Positions 39,939 through 49,983 of a stretch of 64,000 nucleotides of DNA are shown piece by piece (positions within the stretch are counted from its first letter, which is position 1; the number at the start of each line of letters is the position of its first letter). Location of the stretch: the NCBI GenBank assembly GCA_963851265.1, contig CAWKNZ010000002.1, positions 224,001-288,000 of the forward strand. The letters run 5' to 3'. The DNA is from an uncultured Gemmatimonadales bacterium (GTDB lineage Bacteria; Gemmatimonadota; Gemmatimonadetes; Gemmatimonadales; Gemmatimonadaceae). The notes beneath the pieces were generated by a model, which saw nothing but the letters and a program-made list of their open reading frames with translations, did no database searches and was not told the DNA's origin. Made by a program: the position numbers and the translations under genes.

Positions 39939-40877
39939 TCAGATCCCGCCGGCGAAGGTGTCACAGCTGCGGATGTCGCCGCTCTGGAAGCCGCGCTGGA
40001 ACCAGCTCGCGCGCTGCGCCGAGGTGCCGTGCGTGAAGGTGTCGGGGCGCACCTGCCCGGTCTCCTCGCGTTGGAGGCGGTCGTCGCCGACGGCACTCGC
40101 GGCCTGCAACGCCGCCTGCGTGTCGCCGGGATCGAGGAGCTGCTCGTTGCGCACGACGGAACCCCAGACGCCGGCGTAGCAATCGGCCTGAAGCTCGACG
40201 CGCACCGAGAGGGCGTTCCGCAGTTGCGGGCGTTGCGCGACCGCCTGCCGCACGCGGGCCTCGGTGCCGAGGATCTTCTGCAGGTGGTGTCCCATCTCGT
40301 GCGCGACGACGTAGGCCTGGGCGAAATCGCCCGGCGCGCCGAACCGCTTCGCCAACTCGTCGAAGAACGAGAGGTCGAGGTAGACCTTCTCGTCCGCCGG
40401 ACAGTAGAACGGCCCCACCGCGCTCGGCGCGTCGCCGCAGCCCGTCTGGATGGCGTCACGGAAGAGGACGAGTCGTGCGGGGCGGTACTGCACGCCACTC
40501 TGACGAGGCAGGAGCGTGTCCCACGTGTGCTGCGTGTTGTTGAACACCGCACGCGCGCGGGACAGATCAGCGTGCTCCGCCGCACTCTCGCGCAGCGGGG
40601 CGATGCCAGAGGGGTTCCCGCCCTGGCCGCTACCGCCCGGCCCGTAGGTGCTCGGCGCGCTGCGCGGTGGGCCTCTGTCGTCGACGGCCGGCCCGCCGCC
40701 GACGAAGTTGCGCCCGAAGACGAGGCTGAGCACGAGCAGCAGGACCGTACCGCCGAGACCCATGCGGCCGATCGGGATCGGGAAGCCGCCCCCGCCGAAG
40801 CCACCGCCACCGCCTCCCTCGGTCTCGGCGCGGCGGTCTTCGATGTACGAGTTGTCGTTGTCGTCGGTCAGGCGCAT
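39939..40877 (-). CDS. Neutral zinc metallopeptidase (YpfJ family)
   Basis: EDRR, GPFYCPAD, GDFAQAYVVAHEMGHHLQ, ELQADC, FTHGTS. Confidence 0.93.
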   Translation of the reverse strand: MRLTDDNDNSYIEDRRAETEGGGGGGFGGGGFPIPIGRMGLGGTVLLLVLSLVFGRNFVGGGPAVDDRGPPRSAPSTYGPGGSGQGGNPSGIAPLRESAAEHADLSRARAVFNNTQHTWDTLLPRQSGVQYRPARLVLFRDAIQTGCGDAPSAVGPFYCPADEKVYLDLSFFDELAKRFGAPGDFAQAYVVAHEMGHHLQKILGTEARVRQAVAQRPQLRNALSVRVELQADCYAGVWGSVVRNEQLLDPGDTQAALQAASAVGDDRLQREETGQVRPDTFTHGTSAQRASWFQRGFQSGDIRSCDTFAGGI

Positions 40878-41032
40878 GGCGGCTCTCTGGCACTCCACTT
40901 CGTCATGCCCGCCGACGGGAAGTCGGCGAGCGCGGCGTGGAGGGCAGAAAGCGGACCGTCGCCAGGGGTGCCGATGCTACGCTGCCACGGATAGTGCCGC
41001 GTGGAGTCGAAACGCGCCGGAGGCGCCGCGGT

Positions 41033-42370
41033 CTACCGGCGGGGGCCTGCCACCGACCGGGAAACGCGCCCCGCGCGGCCGACCCGCCCAAAGAGGCGGC
41101 GGTCGGGGAGGACCTGCTCCGCCTCGGACGTGTGCAGCGAGAGTCCGTGCGCCAGGCGCCGCGCGTCGGCGTACACGGCTTCATGCCGCGCGAGGACGGC
41201 GTCCCACGTTTCGGCGGGGCGGGTCGTCCGGTTGTGTCGGGCGATGCTCGCGCGCAGGCGGTCGTCGGTGGCGAGGCGGAGCAGCTGGCCGGCCATGCCG
41301 TCGTCGTCGTCTGCGAGGAGGCCTTCGACGCCGTCGCGGATGAACGCCGCCGGGCCGGCGTGGCGGAGCGCGACCACGGGCAGCCCGGCGCAGCGGGCCT
41401 CGAGCGCGGCGATCCCGAACGACTCGAGGATGGACGGCAGCACGAACGCGTCACTCTCGGCATACAGCGCGCGGATGGCCTCGCGCGGTTGCCACCCGAG
41501 AAGCTCGACGGTGTTGCCGAGGCCGAGCCGGCGGATGTCGCGCTCGACGGCGGCCCGCTCGGGTCCGTCGCCGGCGATGCGGAGCCGGAAGCGCATGCCC
41601 TCGGGCAGCCGCTGTCGGAGCATCGCGGCAATTTCGACGAGCGCGCGCGGGCGTTTACGGCTCGCGAGGCGCATCACCGACGCCAGGTGCAGTTCGCCGG
41701 GCGTGCCGGGCGCGCGACGTGCGACGGCCCACGCGCGCGGGTGGATGCCATTGGGCAGCACCTGCGTTTCGATCACCCGGCCGGCGCGTGCGGCGGCGTC
41801 GCGCACCTCGTCGGCGACGAACGGGCTCACGGCCGTGTGCAGCACGCGCCAGCGCGTCCACCCGAGCAGGCGGTCGGCTGCGGCGCAGAGCGGCACCGCG
41901 CGGCCGAGCACCGAGTGCTGCGTGAGCACCGCCGGGAGGCCGAGCCGGTCGGCGGCCGCCATGCCGGCGAACGCGAGTGGCGAGAGCACGCTCGCGTGCG
42001 AGTGCACGAGGTCGTACTCGCCCTCCCCCAGCACGTCCGTCATCACAGAGCCGAGCCGCAGTGAGGCGGCGATGGCGAAGTGCGGGATGCAGGGGACCCG
42101 CAGCCGGCGCACACGCACGAGATCGGCGCCGTGCGCCATGGCGACCCGCCGGGCCTTTCCCTTACGCTCGGCACCCGGCGCCCGCATCCGGGCCAGGCCG
42201 GCGCCCTCACCGCGGCAGCCCGCCGCGGTCGTGATCACGTCGACGTTGTGTCCCGCGGCGACCAGCTGTTCTGCCAGCGCGCGCACGTGCGTCTCGATGC
42301 CGCCGACCCGGGGCGGATACCAGTCGCAGACCAGCGCGAGGCGGAGCGGGCGGAAGAGGGAAGGACTCAC
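41033..42370 (-). CDS. GT4 glycosyltransferase with a PIG-A/PimA-like N-terminus
   Basis: LALVCDWYPPRVGGIE, LPNGI, RK, AGDGPER, ESFGIAALEA. Confidence 0.9.
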   Translation of the reverse strand: MSPSLFRPLRLALVCDWYPPRVGGIETHVRALAEQLVAAGHNVDVITTAAGCRGEGAGLARMRAPGAERKGKARRVAMAHGADLVRVRRLRVPCIPHFAIAASLRLGSVMTDVLGEGEYDLVHSHASVLSPLAFAGMAAADRLGLPAVLTQHSVLGRAVPLCAAADRLLGWTRWRVLHTAVSPFVADEVRDAAARAGRVIETQVLPNGIHPRAWAVARRAPGTPGELHLASVMRLASRKRPRALVEIAAMLRQRLPEGMRFRLRIAGDGPERAAVERDIRRLGLGNTVELLGWQPREAIRALYAESDAFVLPSILESFGIAALEARCAGLPVVALRHAGPAAFIRDGVEGLLADDDDGMAGQLLRLATDDRLRASIARHNRTTRPAETWDAVLARHEAVYADARRLAHGLSLHTSEAEQVLPDRRLFGRVGRAGRVSRSVAGPRR

Positions 42371-42624
42371 GGAGTTGGCGGCGGGACCGGGGGCGCGGCG
42401 TGAGGGCCGCTTGCCGGCGAGTGGGGGCGGGCGTGGTGCTCGGGGAGCAACACGAACCGCACCGTGCCGGCGCGATAGTCGGAATAGCGGGCAGAACGGA
42501 CCACCACAAGAGTAACGCCGTCGTGACGCCCTGCTGGAATACACCCCTGGCGCATTCCTGTCCCCGCGTTCACGTTCGTCCCCGTTCGACACCACCGTTC
42601 GCCATTCGACACCCGGAGCACCCC

Positions 42625-43125
42625 ATGCCGACCGTCCGCGATCTCCTCGCCCGCAAGAAGTCACATGTCGAGAGCACGGCTGCTACCGCATCGGCTTCCG
42701 CGCCTGCTGCCGCGTCAACGGCCGACCGCGTGGTGATGGTCGACGCGAGGGCGACCGTGCTCGAGGCGGCGCGGCTCATGACCGCACGCGGCATCGGCGG
42801 TCTGATGGTCCGGGACGCGAGCGGCGCGATGGCCGGCATCTTCACCGAGCGCGACGTGCTACGGCGCGTGGTGAACGACGGGCTCGATCCGCGGGAGACT
42901 GCGGTTGCCGACGTGATGACGGCACCCGTCCTCACCGTCACGCCCGACACGACGGTCGACGAGTGCCGGCAACTCTTCACGGGGCGTCGCATCCGCCACC
43001 TGCCGGTGATGGAGCGCGGCGAGCTCTGCGGCGTGGTGACGAGCGGTGACGTGCTCGCGTTCGAAGTCGACGACGCGAAGGCGACGATCGAGCACCTCGA
43101 GGGGTACGTCTTTTCGAACCGCTGA
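42625..43125 (+). CDS. CBS-domain pair protein
   Basis: TVLEAARLM...GIFTERDV...VMT...RIRHLPV...GVVTSGD. Confidence 0.92.
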   Translation: MPTVRDLLARKKSHVESTAATASASAPAAASTADRVVMVDARATVLEAARLMTARGIGGLMVRDASGAMAGIFTERDVLRRVVNDGLDPRETAVADVMTAPVLTVTPDTTVDECRQLFTGRRIRHLPVMERGELCGVVTSGDVLAFEVDDAKATIEHLEGYVFSNR

Positions 43126-43142
43126 CCGACGGACCTACAGAC

Positions 43143-44651
43143 CTACAACGCAGGCGCGCCGGCGACGCGCTGCACGAGCGCGTACAGGAAGTCGAGCCCC
43201 TCGTAGAAGCTCTTGACGCGCAACTTCTCGTCGCGGCCGTGCGCGTTGCTCTCGCCGGGCGCGCTGAAGAGCCCGCTCACCCCGTACGTCGGCACGCCCA
43301 CGGCGCGCAGGAAGCGCCCGTCGGTGGCGCCGGTGCTCATGGTCGGGATGACGGGGATGTCGCCCCACGTGCGGTGCGTCAGGTCGGTGACGGCCGCCAT
43401 GAGCCCGGGGTCGATCGCGCTCGGCGGCGCGCCGAACTTGTCGGTGGGCGGGATGGTGTAGGTCACGCGCACCCCCGTGTCGGCGACCATCCGCGCGAGC
43501 CCGGCGCGCACCTCTTCGGCGTTGGACGTGGGCACGATGCGACAGTTCACGTTGGCCGTGGCCGACTGCGGCAGCGCGTTGTACGCGTGCCCCCCTCCGA
43601 GCCGCGTGGCGACGCACGTGGTGCGGAGCACCGAGTGGTAGCGCGGGTCGCGCGAGAGGGTGGCCGCGGCGGCCGCGACCGCCGCCGAGTCGGCGCCGTC
43701 GGCGACCAGCGCGCGCATGGCGGCGGCCATGTCGGGGCGCGGCTCGACCGCCGCGGTGCTGGCGAAGTAGGCGCGCGTCACCGGGTTGAGGGCGACCGGG
43801 AAGTCGCTCCGGGCGAGATGGCCTAACGCGTCGGCGAGCTCGTAGATGGCGTTGTCGGGGCGCGGCACGCTCGAGTGGCCGCCGGGGTTGGTGGCGGTGA
43901 GGGTGTAATTCACCGGGACCTTCTCCGCCGCCTGTACGGCGTGCATCAGCGGCCGCGCGCCCGCGACCCCGCCCGCCTCGGTGAGCGTCCCGCCGCCGCC
44001 CTCGTTGAGGGCGTAGGCGGCGTCGAGCAGGTCGCGGTGCGTGCGCGTGAGCCACTCGACGCCGTTCGCGTCGCCCCCTTCCTCGTCGGCCGTGAGCGCG
44101 AGGATCAGGTCGCGCGACGGCGTCCACCCCTCGCGCTTGTAGCGCAGCAGGTTGGCCGTGAAGATCGCGGCCATCGCCTTGTCGTCCGCCGTGCCGCGAC
44201 CGAGGAAGTAGCCGCCCTCCTCGTGCAGCGTGAACGGGTCGCGCGGCCAGTCGGCGCGGTTCGCGGCGACGACGTCGAGGTGCGCGAGGAGCAGGATCGG
44301 TTTCGCGGCGGCGCCCCCCGCGGGCGGCCGGCCGCGGTAGCGGACGATGAGGTTGGCCTTGGTCGGCTTCCCCGGCGGGGTGAGGATCTGGACGTCGGCG
44401 GCGGGAAAACCGGCGGCGCGGAAGCGGGCGGCCATCGCGTCCACGGCGCGCGTGACCGACCCGACGGAATCGACCGTGTTGATCTCGACCAGTTCGCGGT
44501 AGATCGCGCGGGCGGCCTGCTGGTCGGGCGTACGCTGCGCGGCGGCGGTCCGGGCGGTCAGGGCCGTGGCGGCGGCGAGCGAGGCCGCGACAGCCGAGCG
44601 CGCGGCACGGCGGGCGGGGCGGGATGCGGAGTCGTGCGGTGGGCGGCGCAT
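43143..44651 (-). CDS. Secreted M20/M25/M40 metallo-hydrolase
   Basis: LLAHLDVV, GRGTADDK, ADEEGG, NEGG, GGHSS, GATDG, HGRDE. Confidence 0.92.
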   Translation of the reverse strand: MRRPPHDSASRPARRAARSAVAASLAAATALTARTAAAQRTPDQQAARAIYRELVEINTVDSVGSVTRAVDAMAARFRAAGFPAADVQILTPPGKPTKANLIVRYRGRPPAGGAAAKPILLLAHLDVVAANRADWPRDPFTLHEEGGYFLGRGTADDKAMAAIFTANLLRYKREGWTPSRDLILALTADEEGGDANGVEWLTRTHRDLLDAAYALNEGGGGTLTEAGGVAGARPLMHAVQAAEKVPVNYTLTATNPGGHSSVPRPDNAIYELADALGHLARSDFPVALNPVTRAYFASTAAVEPRPDMAAAMRALVADGADSAAVAAAAATLSRDPRYHSVLRTTCVATRLGGGHAYNALPQSATANVNCRIVPTSNAEEVRAGLARMVADTGVRVTYTIPPTDKFGAPPSAIDPGLMAAVTDLTHRTWGDIPVIPTMSTGATDGRFLRAVGVPTYGVSGLFSAPGESNAHGRDEKLRVKSFYEGLDFLYALVQRVAGAPAL

Positions 44652-44706
44652 GATCCGGCAGATGAGGGTGGGGGAGGGGGTACGACCAACCTACTGCGTT
44701 CGGAGG

Positions 44707-45918
44707 TCAGTCGCCGCGCAGGGCCGCGGCGGCGTACGCGTCGAGGTGCGAGCCGACGACCGCGTCCCAGCCGAAGGCGTTCGGCACGTCGGCGGCGCTC
44801 GCGGCCTGCATGGCCGCGAGCGCCGCCGGGTCACGCACCCAAGCCGCGGCCTGTTGGGCGAGCACGGCGTCGGACGGGGCGAGCCACCCGTCGATGCCGG
44901 GGCTGACGAAGTCGGCCACGCCCGAGCCCGCGCGGGCGAGCACGGCCAGGCCCGCCGCGCGCGCCTCGAGCGCGGCTATCCCGAACGATTCGCGCACGGT
45001 GGGGAGCACGAACGCGTGCGCCGTTCGGTAGAGCGCGCGCAACTCCGCGCGCGACTGCCAGCCAACGGTCGTGATGACGTCGCCGACGCCGGCGCGCCGC
45101 GCGGCGCGCTCGAGGCGCGCGCGCTCGGGCCCCTCGCCGGCGACGAACACGCGCACGCGCGTACCCGCGGGCGCGGCGTCGCGCATCGCCACCGCGACGG
45201 GCACGAGGGCGAGCGGGCGCTTCTTGCGGACGAGGCGCATCGCGGTGACGAGGCGGATCTCGGGCGCGCTGGCCTCCGTCGCGTTCGCGGTCGCACTCGC
45301 ATCCTGCCCGTCCCGTGGCAGGGCGCGCCACCACGCGAGGTCGGCGCCGTTGGGCAGCACGCGGACGGTCGCGCCCGGTAAGCCGCGCTGCAGTTGGCGG
45401 GCGACGAGTCGGCTCACGCCCGTGAGCACCACGCCCGGGTCGCGGGCCCATCCGGTGAGCGCGTCGGCGGCGCCGAGGACGCGCGCGGCGGCGCGGAGCA
45501 CGGAGTGAAAGGTCACCACGCACGGCAGGTCGCGCCGCCGCGCGGCGGCGACGGCGGCGAACGCGGCGGGCGAGATCACGCTCGCGTGGGCGTGCACGAC
45601 GTCGTACGCGCCGGCGTCGAGCGCGTCGCCGAGGGCGCGGCCCAACGCGGGCGTGTAGGCGACCCCGGCGGCCGGCAGGCGCGGCACGTCGAGGCGGATG
45701 ACGCCGGCGTCCGACTGGTCTGCCGTCTCGCCCGGCGTGGGCGTGAGCACGTCGACGAGGTGCCCGGCGGCCGTGAGGTGGGCGGCGAGCCCGGCGAGTT
45801 GGATCTCGACGCCGCCGCGGCGTGGGAGAAACCAGTCGGACACGAGGGCGATACGCAGTGCGGCCCGGCGCGTGGATCCGCCGGGCCGCGTCTGGCGTAC
45901 GGGTGCGACACCCGTCAC
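44707..45918 (-). CDS. GT4 glycosyltransferase, paralogue of 41033-42370
   Basis: IALVSDWFLPRRGGVE, HAHASVISP, LPNG, MRLVRKKRP, ESFGIAALEA; starts 10 bp after the SPT-like gene ends. Confidence 0.92.
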   Translation of the reverse strand: MTGVAPVRQTRPGGSTRRAALRIALVSDWFLPRRGGVEIQLAGLAAHLTAAGHLVDVLTPTPGETADQSDAGVIRLDVPRLPAAGVAYTPALGRALGDALDAGAYDVVHAHASVISPAAFAAVAAARRRDLPCVVTFHSVLRAAARVLGAADALTGWARDPGVVLTGVSRLVARQLQRGLPGATVRVLPNGADLAWWRALPRDGQDASATANATEASAPEIRLVTAMRLVRKKRPLALVPVAVAMRDAAPAGTRVRVFVAGEGPERARLERAARRAGVGDVITTVGWQSRAELRALYRTAHAFVLPTVRESFGIAALEARAAGLAVLARAGSGVADFVSPGIDGWLAPSDAVLAQQAAAWVRDPAALAAMQAASAADVPNAFGWDAVVGSHLDAYAAAALRGD

Positions 45919-45928
45919 GGAACCGGGC

Positions 45929-47581
45929 TCACCCGAGGGCGTTGCGCTCCAGCGCTTCGGGCGCGTGCCGGCGGACGGCGCGGCCGAGCGCCTCGACGAC
46001 GCGGTCGATCTGTTCGTCGGTGTGTTCGGCGGTCATCGAGAGCCGAAGGCGGCAGCCGTTGGGCGGCACCGCGGGCGGGGGCACCGGCTGGACGAAGATG
46101 TGGTCTTCTTCGAACAGCGTGCGCCAGACCTTGAGCGTGACGTCGAACGTGCCGACGACGACGGGCAGGATGGGCGTCTGCGTCGCGATCGGGGGGAGGC
46201 CGACGCTCGTGAGGCCCTCGGCCATGCGGCGCGAGTTGGCGCGCAGGCGCTCGCGGCGCTCGGGCTCGTCGAGCATGACGTCGAGGGCGGCGAGGGTGCC
46301 GGCCACCGAGGCGGGGGGCATGGCGGCGGTGAACATGAGCGCCCGCGCGTTGTGCCGCACGTAGTGGATGACCTCCTCCGATCCGGCGAGCACGCCGCCG
46401 ACCGAGGCGAGCGACTTGGAGAACGTCGCCATGATGAGGTCGACCTCGTCGTCGAGGCCGAAGTGCCGCGCCGTGCCCGCGCCGTCCTCGCCGAGCACGC
46501 CGAGCGCGTGGGCGTCGTCGAGGAGGAGCGCCGCACCGCGCTCGCGGCAGAGGGCGACGAGGCCGGGCACGTCGGCGATGACGCCGTCCATCGAGAACAC
46601 GCCGTCGGTGACGACGAGCTTGCCGGCGCCTTCGGGGGCCCGGTCCATCTGCCGCGCGAGGTGCTGCAGGTCGTTGTGCGCGTAGCGCACCGTGTGCCCC
46701 ATCGAGAGTCGCGCGCCGTCGACGATGCAGGCGTGGTCGAGCTTGTCGAGGTAGGCGATGTCGTCGCGGCCGACGAGGGCGGCGATGGTGCCCAGGCTCG
46801 CCTGGTAGCCGGTGGTGAAGACGAGCGCCGCCTCCTTGCGGTAGAACGCCGCCAGGCGGGCCTCGAGCGTCTCGTGCAGGTCGAGCGTGCCGTTGAGCAG
46901 GCGACTGCCGGTCGCCCCGGAGCCGTACCGCTGGGCCGCGGCCGCGCCGGCCTCGAGCACCTTGGGGTGGTGCGTGAGGCCGAGGTAGTTGTTGGAGCCG
47001 AGCATGATCTTCCAGCGCCCGTCGATGCGCGCCTCGCTCGGCGTGGTTTCCTCGATCGCGCGGAAGTAGGCGTAGACGCCGCGGGCGATCAGGTCGCGCG
47101 CGCGCGTGTCGGCCGCCGCCTTGGCGAACAGCGGGTTGTGCGCGGCGCCCGTGCGGGCCGTGCCCGTGCGGGCCGTGTCCGTCTGGGCGGCACCGTGGGT
47201 CGCGTTGCCCGGGACTCCGCTGCCGGGGAGCCCGTTGCCGAGCAGGCCACTGCCGGGGGCGCCGTTGCCGTGGGCGCCGTTGCCGGGGGCGCCGTTGCCG
47301 TGCACGCCGTTGCCGTGCACGCCGTTGCCGTGCACGCCGGCAGCTGGCGCGGTGTAGGCGTGGATGGCGGGCAGGCCCGTGGGCGGCGTGACCGTGGCCG
47401 TCGCGCCGTTCGCGTAGGCGCCGTTGCCCGAAGCGCCGTTGGCATGCGTGCCGTTGGCATGCGTGCCGTTGGCGTGCGCACGATCGGGGTGTGCGCCACC
47501 GGGATGGGCGCCATCGGGGTGCGCGCCGTTGCTGAGCGCACCGTTCGACAGAGCGCCGGTGGCCTTGGACGGCCGGTTCAT
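45929..47581 (-). CDS. spt: Alpha-oxoamine synthase, most like bacterial serine palmitoyltransferase, with a repetitive N-terminal extension
   Basis: GVYAYFRAI, GSNNYLGL, GSRLLNGTLDLH, TGYQASLG, DHAC, DGVFSMDG, DDAH, ATFSKSLASVGG (PLP lysine). Confidence 0.75.
   Translation of the reverse strand: MNRPSKATGALSNGALSNGAHPDGAHPGGAHPDRAHANGTHANGTHANGASGNGAYANGATATVTPPTGLPAIHAYTAPAAGVHGNGVHGNGVHGNGAPGNGAHGNGAPGSGLLGNGLPGSGVPGNATHGAAQTDTARTGTARTGAAHNPLFAKAAADTRARDLIARGVYAYFRAIEETTPSEARIDGRWKIMLGSNNYLGLTHHPKVLEAGAAAAQRYGSGATGSRLLNGTLDLHETLEARLAAFYRKEAALVFTTGYQASLGTIAALVGRDDIAYLDKLDHACIVDGARLSMGHTVRYAHNDLQHLARQMDRAPEGAGKLVVTDGVFSMDGVIADVPGLVALCRERGAALLLDDAHALGVLGEDGAGTARHFGLDDEVDLIMATFSKSLASVGGVLAGSEEVIHYVRHNARALMFTAAMPPASVAGTLAALDVMLDEPERRERLRANSRRMAEGLTSVGLPPIATQTPILPVVVGTFDVTLKVWRTLFEEDHIFVQPVPPPAVPPNGCRLRLSMTAEHTDEQIDRVVEALGRAVRRHAPEALERNALG
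47140..47560 (-). repeat. Degenerate 15-bp (pentapeptide) repeats GxxxN/G in the SPT N-terminus
   Basis: GALSN GALSN GAHPD GAHPG...GTHAN GTHAN...GVHGN x3 GAPGN GAHGN. Confidence 0.9.
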
Positions 47582-47819
47582 CAGAATGGTGTCCGCGGGG
47601 AATCTCTGGGCGCCTCGGCGCACGCTACTGGCGCGCAAGGTAACCGACCTGTGACGGCGACTCTACGATCCTCCAGTCATTCCCCGTCATTTAGCGTGCG
47701 CAAGACGCTTCGGCCGCGGCCGTCCGACGACCTCGGGCGTGAGATCGGACCTCGACTGCCCTCCGGCCGAGCGTTCCGGACCGGTCGGGCTCGGGCTCGG
47801 TCCCGCCTACATTGCGACC

Positions 47820-48890
47820 GTGCAAAGCCTTGCCTCCGCCGCGCCGGTCGCCGGCGCGTCCGACCTGTCCGTCCGCCCAGCCCTCGGGCTACTCGCCGGC
47901 TGGCTGCTGATCACCGCGTTGCCGCTCGCGGGTACGATCGCCGACCCGGGCGTGTCGTTCGGGCGCGCGCGGCACCTCGTACTGTTCGCCGCCGCCCTGC
48001 TCGCGCTGGCGCTCGCGCCGCGTGTTCCGCCCCGCCGGGTACCGCCGGCGCGGGACGATGCGCCGTCGCGCGCGGCGGACGTGGCGGGCGAATCGTGGAC
48101 GCTGTTCCTGGCGTGGCTGCCGCTCGCGGCCGTGCCCGCGCTCTACGCCGAGCTTCCTCTCGTCGCGGCCGGGATCGCCGGACACGGCGCGAGTCTCGCG
48201 GCGATGCACGACGCCACGGTCGTTCGTTGGGAACTCGCCCTGTTCGGTCCGTCTCTGGGTGCGAGCCCCGCGCTCGTCCTGGCGCGCGCCGCGCCCTGGA
48301 CGCCGCTCAGCGAACTGCTTCACCTCGCGTACCTCTCGTACTACGTCATCATCTACGTGCCCCCCGCGCTGCTGTGGTGGGAAGCGCGGCGCCGGCGCGC
48401 GAGCGCGTCGCTCACCGGGGCGCCCGACCCGCAGGCGGCGTTCGAGACGAGCGCGTTCACCGTGCTGTTGGCGTTCCTGCTCTGCTACTCCGTGTTCGTG
48501 GTGTTCCCGGTGCAGGGGCCGTGGTACACGTGGCAGACGGGCGGCCCGGGCGGGCTTCCGCTCACGGGTGTGGTGCGCGGGTTCGTGCAGAGCCTGCTGC
48601 TCGCGGGCTCGGCGCGGGGCACGGCGTTCCCGTCGTCGCACGTGGCCGTGAGCGTGGCCCAGACGGTCGTGCTCGCGCGCGTGGCACCGCGGCTGGCCTG
48701 GATCGCCGCGCCGGCGACGGTGCTGCTCGCGCTCGGCGCGGTGTACGGCGGGTACCACTACGGCGTCGACGCGCTCGCCGGGGCGGCGTTCGGTGCGGTG
48801 GCGGGGCTCGCGGGGCCGTGGCTGCTCGGGCTCGCGGAGCGGCGGAGTGCGCGCGGGGCCGAGACCTCGGCGGTGGCGGCGTGGCAGTAG
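47820..48890 (+). CDS. PAP2-superfamily membrane phosphotransferase (AUR1/IPC-synthase-like)
   Basis: Multiple TM helices; AYLSYY, FPVQGP, AFPSSH, YHYGVD catalytic motifs. Confidence 0.85.
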   Translation: MQSLASAAPVAGASDLSVRPALGLLAGWLLITALPLAGTIADPGVSFGRARHLVLFAAALLALALAPRVPPRRVPPARDDAPSRAADVAGESWTLFLAWLPLAAVPALYAELPLVAAGIAGHGASLAAMHDATVVRWELALFGPSLGASPALVLARAAPWTPLSELLHLAYLSYYVIIYVPPALLWWEARRRRASASLTGAPDPQAAFETSAFTVLLAFLLCYSVFVVFPVQGPWYTWQTGGPGGLPLTGVVRGFVQSLLLAGSARGTAFPSSHVAVSVAQTVVLARVAPRLAWIAAPATVLLALGAVYGGYHYGVDALAGAAFGAVAGLAGPWLLGLAERRSARGAETSAVAAWQ

Positions 48891-48956
48891 GGCGCTTCGG
48901 GTAGGCGTTCCGGAGGGGGCCGTCGTGGGGCGCGCCGGACGCGTCGCTACAAGTCG

Positions 48957-49976
48957 CTACAACAGGCCCTGGGTGTGGTACCAGGCGTGCGTGCGCCTGG
49001 CACCCTCCACGAGGCCGACGGCCGGGACCCAGCCCAGTTCGAGTCGCGCGCGCGCGGCCGAACAGCACCACCAGCGCGGACGCCCGAGTCGCAGCTTCTC
49101 GCGGGTGACGAGCACCTCGCGGTGGGTGAGCGCGGCCCAGGCGTCGCCGGCGATCCCGGCCGCGGCGAGCACGAAGGCTGGCGCGTCGAGGCCCCAGCGC
49201 ACGCGGCAGCCTGCGGCGGCGGCGGCGGCGTCGTACACCGCGGGCCACGGCACACGTTCGTCGCCGGCGACGAAGTAGGTACCGCCGACGGCTTGCGGGG
49301 CCGTCGCGGCGAGCACGAGCGCCCGCGCGAGGTCGCCCACGTAGACCATCGACAGCCACGCGTCGCGGGTGCCGGGGTAGAGCGCCATGCCGCGCGCGGC
49401 GTGGCGGAAGACGGGGAGAAAGTCGACGTCGCGCGGGCCGTACACGGCGGACGGGCGCACGATCGTCCACGGGACGCCGCCGGGGTGCGCGGCGACGAGC
49501 CGCTCCGCCTCGCGCTTGCTGTGGCCGTAGGCGCCCACCGGTTCGGCGGCGTCGCGCTCGGTGCGCGGGCGGTCGAGCGCGTGCGCGGCGCCCGCGGCGG
49601 CCTGCGACGAGACGAGGACGAAGCGCGGCGGCGGGTCGCCGGACGACGCCGCACGCGCCGCGAGCGCGTCGAGCAGGGCCGCGGTGGGCGCGACGTTGCC
49701 CGCGCGGAACTCCGCGAGCGTGCGACGCCTGGTCACGCCCGCGACGTGGAGGACGGCGTCGACGCCGTCGAACGCGGGCGAGCGGCGGAGCGCGTCGGCG
49801 TCGGTGAGCGGCGCGGCGTGGGTCTCGACGCGCCGCGCGAGCGCGTCGGGGAGGGCGAGCGGCACCGGCGCGCTCTCGGGGCGCACGAGGCGCCGCACGG
49901 TCCACCCCGCGCCCGCGAGCGCCTCGACGAGGTGCGAGCCGACGAACCCCGAGCTCCCGGTGACGAGGGCGAGCAC
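48957..49976 (-). CDS. Extended SDR / NAD-dependent epimerase-dehydratase-reductase
   Basis: VTGSSGFVG, HVAG, SSQAA, YGHSK, RPSAVYGP. Confidence 0.92.
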   Translation of the reverse strand: MLALVTGSSGFVGSHLVEALAGAGWTVRRLVRPESAPVPLALPDALARRVETHAAPLTDADALRRSPAFDGVDAVLHVAGVTRRRTLAEFRAGNVAPTAALLDALAARAASSGDPPPRFVLVSSQAAAGAAHALDRPRTERDAAEPVGAYGHSKREAERLVAAHPGGVPWTIVRPSAVYGPRDVDFLPVFRHAARGMALYPGTRDAWLSMVYVGDLARALVLAATAPQAVGGTYFVAGDERVPWPAVYDAAAAAAGCRVRWGLDAPAFVLAAAGIAGDAWAALTHREVLVTREKLRLGRPRWWCCSAARARLELGWVPAVGLVEGARRTHAWYHTQGLL

Positions 49977-49983
49977 GCCGCGC

